The notes under the pieces: generated by a model | Told to the model about the DNA's origin: nothing | Database searches by the model: none | Seen by the model: only the letters and a program-made list of their open reading frames with translations | Shown here: piece after piece, positions 16,149-23,175 of the stretch | Numbering within the stretch: the stretch's first letter is position 1 | How the letters are laid out: each line of letters opens with the position of its first letter | DNA from: a virus | Lineage: Duplodnaviria; Caudoviricetes | Length of the DNA: 31,152 nt | Strand: one strand, 5' to 3' | Virus record (IMG/VR): IMGVR_UViG_3300017903_000781 | Coordinates: 1-31,152 of that record | Program-made: the position numbers and the translations under genes

Positions 16149-16390
16149 ACGATCCCCCTGACTGGGCTCTGGTCCCACTCGCTGCGGCGCATACGAAACT
16201 TGGTGTTGCAGACAGGCAGACAGATGCGGACGTGCTTGCGTCCGACTACGGCCCAGCAGATGCGACCGCCTGATACCGGCAGCCGCTGGTTGATCTTACG
16301 GAGATAGATCGAGGTGAAGTCCACATAGTAGGCCTTGGCGGTGCGCCAGGACTTGCTGTGCGGCTTAGTCTGTCGGGTGATACGCTTCAT
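16145..16390 (-). CDS. Hypothetical early protein (81 aa, basic)
   Basis: SD AAGGAG; first ORF downstream of the promoters and attP. Confidence 0.7.
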   Translation of the reverse strand: MKRITRQTKPHSKSWRTAKAYYVDFTSIYLRKINQRLPVSGGRICWAVVGRKHVRICLPVCNTKFRMRRSEWDQSPVRGIV

Positions 16391-16440
16391 AAGTCAGGTC
16401 TCCTTGTGACGTTATGTCTCAAGAAGTCCTTCGACTAGCA

Positions 16441-16495
16441 TGGCGATTCCGGGAGGACTCGAACCCCCAACCTGCTGATTAGAAGTCAGCTGCTC
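16441..16495 (-). mobile_element. attP core candidate: 55-bp 3' part of tRNA-Arg(TCT), not a complete tRNA
   Basis: Minus strand GAGCA-GCTGA-CT-TCT-AA-TCAGC-AGGTT-GGGGG-TTCGAGT-CCTCC-CGGAATC-G-CCA: anticodon arm, T arm, 3' acceptor strand and CCA. Upstream sequence cannot supply the 5' acceptor strand or D arm. ~490 bp upstream of int. Confidence 0.88.
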
Positions 16496-16518
16496 GTCAG
16501 TGAAGGACTTCTGATGCT

Positions 16519-16547
16519 GTTATGAATCCCAGGAGAGTCCAGGTCAA
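16519..16547 (-). promoter_or_regulatory. Sigma70-type host promoter TTGACC-N17-CATAAC
   Basis: -35 at 16547-16542, -10 at 16524-16519, exact 17-nt spacer; faces attP and the early genes. Confidence 0.65.
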
Positions 16548-16559
16548 GCACTAAGTGTA

Positions 16560-16576
16560 TATAGGTGGACATAAGT
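16560..16576 (-). promoter_or_regulatory. Candidate phage RNAP promoter: ACTTATGTCCACCTATA
   Basis: Same length and CTATA ending as the SP6 promoter ATTTAGGTGACACTATA; lies 4 nt after the late terminator. Confidence 0.6.
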
Positions 16577-16580
16577 ATCG

Positions 16581-16616
16581 AAAAAACACCGATCCACCAT
16601 GGCGGCAGACCGGTGT
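16581..16616 (-). terminator. Intrinsic terminator of the late/lysis operon
   Basis: CACCGGUCUGCC-GCCAU-GGUGGAUCGGUG 12-bp stem (three G-U pairs that work only on the minus strand) followed by U6, just after the endolysin stop. Confidence 0.88.
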
Positions 16617-16631
16617 ATGCCCTAGATCGCT

Positions 16632-17051
16632 CTAGGAGGCCCGTAGAAGGGCTGCAATATTCGAGGCACGTACACCTACCTGAGAAGCGTAACGGCTGTC
16701 TAGGAGCTCCTCAGCGGCTTTATCGGGGTCATCAGCCTCGATGGCGCTGAGCATGTTGCGGAACATCATCAGGCGCGGGACGCCCATATTGAAGGCCAAA
16801 TCGACCAGGGCTTCTTTGTAGTTCCACTTGAGCTTCTCCCAGAAAGGCAGTGCTCGCTTTAGTTCATCCAGGACGATCTCGATGTCTTCCTCGAGCATCT
16901 GCGTAGCAGTTGCCTGAGAGATGCCACGGTCGTCCAGGTTTCTCCCAACGCCTATGGAGAGCTTGCCGGCTGTGCAATGGTAGGGCTTCAGTCTGATCCC
17001 TTCATGCTCGATGAGACGCTTGCGTACCTGGGTCAGATCCATCTGCCTCAT
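16632..17051 (-). CDS. Endolysin, T4-lysozyme-like (GH24)
   Basis: HEGIRLKPYHCTAGKLSIGVGRNL, DLAFNMG, AAEELLDSRYASQVGVRA. Confidence 0.92.
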   Translation of the reverse strand: MRQMDLTQVRKRLIEHEGIRLKPYHCTAGKLSIGVGRNLDDRGISQATATQMLEEDIEIVLDELKRALPFWEKLKWNYKEALVDLAFNMGVPRLMMFRNMLSAIEADDPDKAAEELLDSRYASQVGVRASNIAALLRAS

Positions 17052-17452
17052 TTCGTCAGTCCCTTCAGCTTTTCAAATGACCTGAGACCTGCCATTCCGA
17101 GCATGGCAAAGGTGAGCTCGAGGAGCAGATCCTTGGGGATCGTAGGCACCTCTACAACGACGCCGGCCAGGTTCATTACATACTGTGCGATAGGTGCACC
17201 GACAACTAACCAGGCAATGCCGGCGGCGCATGACCAGCCGATGGCCGGACGCCAGCCTGACACGAAGACAGACTTGTGGCCGGCCTCGATCTGGTTTGTC
17301 TTGATCGTTTCGAGGTTGATGGCATTGGCATTGTCTACCAGGGCCTTCTCAATCTCACCCTTTACCCTGGTCTTCGTCACACTGTCAGGGACAGTCTTCT
17401 CGAGGACACCAGAGATGATGGGGAGGAGCTGAGGGATCAGTGCTTGTATCAT
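17048..17452 (-). CDS. Holin, 3TM / GTA-holin-like
   Basis: FVSGWRPAIGW and MLGMAGLRSFEKLKG signatures; adjacent to endolysin; start revised to ATG 17452. Confidence 0.85.
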   Translation of the reverse strand: MIQALIPQLLPIISGVLEKTVPDSVTKTRVKGEIEKALVDNANAINLETIKTNQIEAGHKSVFVSGWRPAIGWSCAAGIAWLVVGAPIAQYVMNLAGVVVEVPTIPKDLLLELTFAMLGMAGLRSFEKLKGLTK

Positions 17453-17462
17453 GTTGCTTCCT

Positions 17463-17915
17463 TCATCTGAATTTGAGGTACAGGAACACAAAGGCTCCCA
17501 CAGCAACTAGGAGACCGAGCATGACCGCTACTCCGATCAGTATCTCTTCCTGTTGCTTCTCTTTTCGTAGGCGCTCAATGCGTTCCTGCTCTTTGTGTTC
17601 CTGGAGCCTTTTGGCCCTCTCGTTAATGATGCTTTGCCAGGTTCCATGCCCGAACCGTAGATCGACCAGGGTGGCGATCTCCTGGCGATGCTCAGCAGCG
17701 AGCTTGGCGTCGATGGTTTCACGAGCCACTGACCCGACTGAGAATGGATCGCTGGACCGCTTCTGCTTCTTCTTTTGGATTTGCTGTTCACCGACAAATA
17801 GCTTGTCGATATCGTCGGCAATGTCGGATATGTCCTTCGCCGTCGATATGGCACTTTTGATCCCATCCACAGCGGACTTGACCAACGCAATGCCGGCAAG
17901 GGTTTCAGCAAACAT
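17463..17915 (-). CDS. Hypothetical membrane protein (150 aa; coiled coil plus C-terminal TM)
   Basis: Start revised to ATG 17915 (SD AGGAG); MFAETLAGIALVKSAVDGIKSAI...ILIGVAVMLGLLVAVGAFVFLYLKFR. Confidence 0.8.
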   Translation of the reverse strand: MFAETLAGIALVKSAVDGIKSAISTAKDISDIADDIDKLFVGEQQIQKKKQKRSSDPFSVGSVARETIDAKLAAEHRQEIATLVDLRFGHGTWQSIINERAKRLQEHKEQERIERLRKEKQQEEILIGVAVMLGLLVAVGAFVFLYLKFR

Positions 17916-17923
17916 GGCAGCTC

Positions 17924-18133
17924 CTAATGGTCGAAGATCTCGACCCTGTTTGGATCCACGCGGGTCGGACGACACTGCGCGTGTAGGTGCTGCTCCTTGG
18001 GGTGGTGGTATATGTGCTGCGTGTTGATGCGCTTTTGATAGTAAAGACACGCATCGATCCCGCTGAAGTATTCTGTCGAGATCGTCTTGCTGCCCAGGGT
18101 GGTTACCAGGGCAAAGACAAAGACTGTCATCAT
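17924..18133 (-). CDS. Hypothetical protein (69 aa; hydrophobic N-terminus, two Cys)
   Basis: Start revised to ATG 18133, overlapping the upstream stop (ATGA): MMTVFVFALVTTLG... Confidence 0.65.
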   Translation of the reverse strand: MMTVFVFALVTTLGSKTISTEYFSGIDACLYYQKRINTQHIYHHPKEQHLHAQCRPTRVDPNRVEIFDH

Positions 18134-18300
18134 TTCATGAACAGGGCGAGGGCTGCGGCGACAATGGAAAACGTCGAGAGCATGACCATAGCCTCGAGAC
18201 GCCACATGCGTTTGTCTAAACCATCCAACTTGTCTTGTACAATTTGATACCGCAGAGCACATTCCCGCTCATGTGCCTCGAGCTTTGCTTCAGTGTCCAT
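18130..18300 (-). CDS. Small membrane protein (56 aa; coiled coil plus C-terminal TM, XhlA-like architecture)
   Basis: Below the track cut-off; translated by hand: MDTEAKLEAHERECALRYQIVQDKLDGLDKRMWRLEAMVMLSTFSIVAAALALFMK; ATG 2 nt after the upstream stop. Confidence 0.78.
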   Translation of the reverse strand: MDTEAKLEAHERECALRYQIVQDKLDGLDKRMWRLEAMVMLSTFSIVAAALALFMK

Positions 18301-18302
18301 GG

Positions 18303-18731
18303 CTACGGCTTGCTCGGCCAGGTTACAGAGAACGGAAAGCCGCTCTGGCTTGTGATGTCGCGAAGCGATTGCCTGTAGGTAGACATCTCCGTCGAAAGCG
18401 TCTGGTCAGACAGTGCGAGGTAGTCAGTTTCTGCCAGCAGCCGGTCACGTTCAACGCGGACATTAAAAGCAGCTTCCGCTTCAGGGCGATTGGATTGCGT
18501 CCACGCCATTGTCCAGTTGCCGTTGACCAGTGTCGGGTTTGCCATCGTCACCGACACAAGGTTCATGTCGTGTTCTGGCGGATCGACTTTGGTGACAGGG
18601 TAAACGTCGAAATCAGCAAGCGTGGCATCAGGTATCGACGCAGGGAAACTCACATCAGGATTGTCTGACTTCAGTTGGTCAAGTGTGTAAGGGAAAGTGT
18701 CAACGCTCCCACTAACGACTTTGACGTACAT
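18303..18731 (-). CDS. Tail fibre assembly chaperone-like protein
   Basis: C-terminal VRVERDRLLAETDY...YRQSLRDIT...VTWPSKP signature; follows the fibre genes. Confidence 0.85.
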   Translation of the reverse strand: MYVKVVSGSVDTFPYTLDQLKSDNPDVSFPASIPDATLADFDVYPVTKVDPPEHDMNLVSVTMANPTLVNGNWTMAWTQSNRPEAEAAFNVRVERDRLLAETDYLALSDQTLSTEMSTYRQSLRDITSQSGFPFSVTWPSKP

Positions 18732-19720
18732 CAGGAACCTCCTGCGATTAGTGGTGTTGTGGATGGTGTGAAACTGCTGCCGTAACGAGCCTGTTTGGTG
18801 CTGTCATCAACGCTAATGATCACTTCCATGTACTGGCACCACAGGCTTCCCAGATTGTGTTCACCGCTGTCATACCCTAAGAGCAGCGTGTCAAGATTTG
18901 TGTAGCTGGAGCTTGCGAGTGACCAATTAGCTGCTGTCGGCAAGTTGCTGTCAGTGCTGGAATACACCTGTGAGCCGTTTTTGTGAAATGCAACTCTGGA
19001 GTTTTCAAAGTCCCAGAGCCAGCTAACATGTGACCATGCGTCCTGTGAAAACACATCAAAGGTATCACCCACTCGATTGCTAGTACCACTGCCGTAGTTG
19101 TGGTGAATCTCCATTACGGTGTCTGAGGTTCCTGAATAGTTCAACTCAAACCCCGCAGGAGCGTCTACTCTCCACCCAGATGCCGAGACTAATCTGGAAT
19201 AACTCTCGTAGTTTTCGACCGGGTTGACGAACATTTCGATGCAAAGACTGTCAGTATTGCTGTCGAGATGGTCGGGAAGGTAATCGCGCACCCAATTACA
19301 CTGCCAGCGTTGGTCTTGTACTGAGCCGTTACCGCTCAAAACTGGCTGGTAGACGATTAAAGAATAATCGCCGTTGCTGTGGCTGTAGCCTAAACTTGTG
19401 AAGTAGCCAGAGTTTAAGCCGTAAGCGGTTGGGTGGCCGTATGTCGTAGCTCTCCCATATGCGCCGGATCCGCTACCTTCTGCTGAAAACAGTGAGGAGC
19501 TTTCATAGAGGTTTCCGCTAGTGGCGCGATACCAGCCATCAATGCTGTTGGCGTTAAAGGTGCCTGAGACGCCGTGCGTGTAGCAGACGACCGTGCTGGG
19601 CAGCAGCGTGTTTGAAACAGCGACTCCGTTTGCTTGTCCGGCTTCCGTGTTATTGCCGCCGCCACCTCCGCCGCCACCTCCGCCGGATTGGCTGGCTGCA
19701 AGTATTTTCCTACTCAACAT
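18731..19720 (-). CDS. LamG/concanavalin-A-like domain protein, putative receptor-binding (329 aa)
   Basis: Start revised to ATG 19720 (TGATG overlap); poly-Gly linker then CIEMFV, WSHVSW, FHKNG, RYGSSFTP motifs. Confidence 0.7.
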   Translation of the reverse strand: MLSRKILAASQSGGGGGGGGGGNNTEAGQANGVAVSNTLLPSTVVCYTHGVSGTFNANSIDGWYRATSGNLYESSSLFSAEGSGSGAYGRATTYGHPTAYGLNSGYFTSLGYSHSNGDYSLIVYQPVLSGNGSVQDQRWQCNWVRDYLPDHLDSNTDSLCIEMFVNPVENYESYSRLVSASGWRVDAPAGFELNYSGTSDTVMEIHHNYGSGTSNRVGDTFDVFSQDAWSHVSWLWDFENSRVAFHKNGSQVYSSTDSNLPTAANWSLASSSYTNLDTLLLGYDSGEHNLGSLWCQYMEVIISVDDSTKQARYGSSFTPSTTPLIAGGS

Positions 19721-22700
19721 CAGCTTACCACCGCGCCGTACAGGCTTCCTCTGTGCCAGAGCACGATTGTCGTGTAGCCACTTGTCGCGAGTGTAGGCGC
19801 AGAGCCGGATGCCCACGATATACCCGGCCACGTCACTGTGTAGCCGGAGCCGTCGTCAATCATCAGGGTGATGCTTTCGCCGTCCACGAAACTCTCAGTG
19901 AAGGTGGTGTTGGCCGAAAGCGTCTTGTACTGAAGTGTTCCGTTTGAAGGGTCGAGGACCGTGCCGGTGCAGTTATACGCTTTTTCAACGATAGCCTTCT
20001 GAAATCTGACATCCGTCAGCAGATTGGTGTTGGTATTAAAATCAACTAGGAATGTTTCCGCGGCACCATCCACTTTTCTGCCGATGGATAAAGTACCACC
20101 AGCGGAACCGCTTGAGCCGTAGCCGTTGATTATTCTGTAATCAGTGTAGAAGTCAGCGCCATAAGTGTCATTCGTGCCGCGCATCAATTCCAATGCGGCG
20201 GTCGGCGTTGTGGCTGTGTCTGAGTGGACTTTCAGCGTAGCGTCGTTGGTATGACGACTAATGATGTCGCCAGTTACGGTTACGCCTGAGCTAGTCGTCT
20301 CAAACTTCTTTGCAGTATTGTGGTAAAGCTCAACCGCACCACCATCCACGAATTTGGCGGACAGATTGGCGGATGTGTCGGTCACATTTACAACACCACC
20401 CTGTATATAAAGGTCACCCGTTCCAGATTCTTGTATGAAGGAATTGCTTCCTGAGTGCCATATTTTTAAATCGCCGCCTGTACCAAATACTGCCTTTGCG
20501 TTGTCGGCAAACTCTAGCGCGTTGTCTGACTTGTCCCAGACTACGTTGTAGCTGTCGCCGGTAAAGGTAACGTCTCCGCTGCTGTCTTGCAAAAGCACAG
20601 TGCCGGTGGCATCAGGCAGTGTAATCGTGCGGTCGGCTGTCGGGTCGGTAGGTATTACAGCGGTTTCAAAGTTGTCCGCTGTTGCACCTTCAAACCGAAG
20701 TTGCTTATTGCTTTGAATGTTTACGTTCTCATGGAACTGAACGCCGTAGGATGTAAACTCTGTGACCAGACGGTCTGCCCCTGCATCTTTGACATACAAG
20801 AAGATTTTGCCGTCTTCTGTGCCGTCACTCACATCTGCGGCGTCTGCGCGTATCTCTGCATAATTAAGAGATTCGCCAGCATCGTTATGGCCGACAAAGC
20901 GCACCGTACCAAGATTGTCACCGTCTGCGGGGCTTTCACTCTGACGGTACAAATCAATAAACGGACCGGTCCCTGCACCGTCATCGACATCTTGAACAAG
21001 CAAGCGATTGCTCGTTGCAAACCCACCATGCTCAATTCTTGCAAGGTTAATCCGCGCTTTTTCTGTAAACCCAGAATACTCGTCAGAGCCAGCGGCGTAA
21101 CCTACGTTGCCCGGATCGGTAGCATCAGCAATGCCGTCCTTCAGAATGACCCTGCCGTTGTCGTCGAAGCCGTTCTCTAGGTTATTTTCATCGAGGAAGA
21201 CAACGATGTTATTGGTGGCGTTAGCAACGTAAATCTGAATTGCTGCGCCGCCATATAGACTGCTTGACTTAATACGGATGTTTGTGATCGCGTCAGTGCC
21301 GTATGTACTGTAGCCATAAACCTGCAAGCCGTTGTCAGCGCCAAAGGCATGTTGGGCAGTGAAAGTCACAAGGTTGTGACGGCCAGAAGACAAATCCGCG
21401 ACGGTAAACTTTGCGGTCAGACGCTGATTTGACAGACCGCGACTATCTCTGCCCTCTAGGACAGCAATGGTCCTCCACCCTACTTCTAAGTTTGCAGTTA
21501 CGTTAAATCGCTCAACAACGCGCAGGGTGCCAGCTTGATCGGGTATGTAGATGGTCCGGTCAGCGGTTGGGTCTTTCGCAGTGATTGTGGTTTCGTTGGC
21601 GTCGTCAGTAGAGCCTTCAAACAGCAAGGACTTGGAAGCACCCAAAGCAAGGGCGCTGGATGTGACAGTGGCCGTGTTGGAGGCATTGCCAATCCGCATG
21701 TTAATGCTGCTTACGCCGTTGATGAACGTGTTGCCAGCGGCAGAATGCAGAAGGCTGTAGTTTGTGCTTGTGTTGTGATCAACGTGGCTGAAGCCAGCAT
21801 AATCAAGGTGGCCCACATAACCGACATGCGCTCTACCAATTTCAGCGGATGCGTCGGTGTCGATATTGCCGTCGGAAAGCACAACCTCGCCAGTAGCGTC
21901 CGGCAGGGTGATCGTGCGGTCGGCGGTAGGGTCTGCTGGGGTTAGAACAGTCTCAAATGTGTTGTCAGTTGCTCCCTCAAAAACAATGTCTGCATTGTTT
22001 AGTTCAAGGTTGCCGGTCATCGTGCCGCCAGCTTTAGGCAGGGCCGAGTCTGCGGTAGTTCCCTGCGCCGCAGTGGCGTAGTCTGATGAGTCGAATGATT
22101 TAATTTGCGAAAGGTTCGTCACCTCGCTGTCCATCAGCGCACCAGCAGCAGTTACGTTAGCCGTATCAGTTACGTCTGCACTGCCTTCAATACCATCCAG
22201 CTTAGTCTTGTCGGTAGACGACATCAGACCGTCAGCAGAAGTTGTGGCGTTGCTGTAGGTTGTGTTCGTGTCGGTCGAGGAGATCGTTCCATCAGAAGCA
22301 ATTGTGACGTTGGTTCCCGCAGTCAACGCTGCGACTACATTGGTGGTGTCAGTCACATCAGCAGACGCTTCTACGCCATCCAACTTGGTCTTATCTGTTG
22401 CAGACATCAGACCAGCAGTAGATGTCGTTGCGTTGGTGTAGGTCGTATCGGTGTCAGTAGACGAGATTGTACCGTCAGCAGCAATCGAGACGTTAGTTCC
22501 TGCTGTGAGTGCTGCAACCACATTGGTTGTATCGGTCACATCTGCACTGGCTTCGATGCCGTCTAGCTTAGTGTGATCGGCATCTGTGAAAGCGTTGGTG
22601 TCAGTGTTGCTTTCATAGGCTGTCTTGATCTCAGCAGCAGTCTGGTCTGCAGTTGCGCTGGCTTCGATGCCGTTCAGCTTAGTCTGTAGAGCATCTGTGA

Positions 22701-23175
22701 ACGCATTGGTGTCGCTGTTGTTCTCGTAAGCCGTCTTGATTTCGGCATCTGTCTGGTCAGCAGTTGCGCCAGCCTCGATACCGTCGAGCTTAGTGCCGTC
22801 AGCGGCTAGATCACGGCCATTGACGTTGCCACTAAGGGTCAGGCTACCTGCGATATCGACGTTTCCGCCTACGTTCCCGCCTCCTGTAGTGAAAGTGCTG
22901 CTTGCAGAGGCTGAAGCTGCTGCGGCTGTGGCACTGTCGGCGGCTGCAGAAGCACTATCAGCGGCTGCAGAAGCACTGTTGGCAGCGGCTGTTTTACTCG
23001 TAGCGGCTGCGTCTACAGAGGATTGGATGGTGGCTTCGTCAGTCGAGTTTGCGCCGGCAGTCTTGAAGAAAGAGGAAACGGCGGTGTTGTTTTCGGTGTC
23101 TGAGGATACGTCACTGTTGGACTGTGGGAGCGTCCCTGTATCGACAGAGCCGCTGGACTTGAAAAAGCTCGACAT
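19720..23175 (-). CDS. Long tail fibre protein (1151 aa)
   Basis: Ala/Ser coiled coil, KLDGIE repeats, GGTMTG motif, three DPTADRTI motifs, VELYHN..KKFETTSSG motif. Confidence 0.88.
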   Translation of the reverse strand: MSSFFKSSGSVDTGTLPQSNSDVSSDTENNTAVSSFFKTAGANSTDEATIQSSVDAAATSKTAAANSASAAADSASAAADSATAAAASASASSTFTTGGGNVGGNVDIAGSLTLSGNVNGRDLAADGTKLDGIEAGATADQTDAEIKTAYENNSDTNAFTDALQTKLNGIEASATADQTAAEIKTAYESNTDTNAFTDADHTKLDGIEASADVTDTTNVVAALTAGTNVSIAADGTISSTDTDTTYTNATTSTAGLMSATDKTKLDGVEASADVTDTTNVVAALTAGTNVTIASDGTISSTDTNTTYSNATTSADGLMSSTDKTKLDGIEGSADVTDTANVTAAGALMDSEVTNLSQIKSFDSSDYATAAQGTTADSALPKAGGTMTGNLELNNADIVFEGATDNTFETVLTPADPTADRTITLPDATGEVVLSDGNIDTDASAEIGRAHVGYVGHLDYAGFSHVDHNTSTNYSLLHSAAGNTFINGVSSINMRIGNASNTATVTSSALALGASKSLLFEGSTDDANETTITAKDPTADRTIYIPDQAGTLRVVERFNVTANLEVGWRTIAVLEGRDSRGLSNQRLTAKFTVADLSSGRHNLVTFTAQHAFGADNGLQVYGYSTYGTDAITNIRIKSSSLYGGAAIQIYVANATNNIVVFLDENNLENGFDDNGRVILKDGIADATDPGNVGYAAGSDEYSGFTEKARINLARIEHGGFATSNRLLVQDVDDGAGTGPFIDLYRQSESPADGDNLGTVRFVGHNDAGESLNYAEIRADAADVSDGTEDGKIFLYVKDAGADRLVTEFTSYGVQFHENVNIQSNKQLRFEGATADNFETAVIPTDPTADRTITLPDATGTVLLQDSSGDVTFTGDSYNVVWDKSDNALEFADNAKAVFGTGGDLKIWHSGSNSFIQESGTGDLYIQGGVVNVTDTSANLSAKFVDGGAVELYHNTAKKFETTSSGVTVTGDIISRHTNDATLKVHSDTATTPTAALELMRGTNDTYGADFYTDYRIINGYGSSGSAGGTLSIGRKVDGAAETFLVDFNTNTNLLTDVRFQKAIVEKAYNCTGTVLDPSNGTLQYKTLSANTTFTESFVDGESITLMIDDGSGYTVTWPGISWASGSAPTLATSGYTTIVLWHRGSLYGAVVS
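22170..22794 (-). repeat. In-frame tandem repeats in the tail fibre (2x37 aa then 2x61 aa)
   Basis: TKL(D/N)G(I/V)E units begin at 22794, 22683, 22572, 22389 and 22206 (spacings 111, 111, 183, 183 nt). Confidence 0.92.

Noticed and set aside
16441-16516. Complete tRNA-Arg gene
   Set aside because: The 5' acceptor strand complementary to CGGAATC and the 5' D-arm strand are absent; only the 3' 55 nt are tRNA-like, so it is called an attP core.
16565-16750. 61-aa plus-strand ORF as a divergent repressor
   Set aside because: Position is suggestive, but it starts at GTG within the promoter motif without an SD, crosses the terminator, runs antisense to the endolysin and has no HTH pattern.
19655-19685. 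Poly-Gly GGC/GGA/GGT tract as a contingency locus
   Set aside because: Mixed codons keep it in frame; an ordinary flexible linker.
19720-23175. Diversity-generating retroelement or invertible fibre cassette
   Set aside because: No reverse transcriptase, template/variable repeat pair or invertase; repeats are in-frame tandem duplications differing mostly at synonymous sites.
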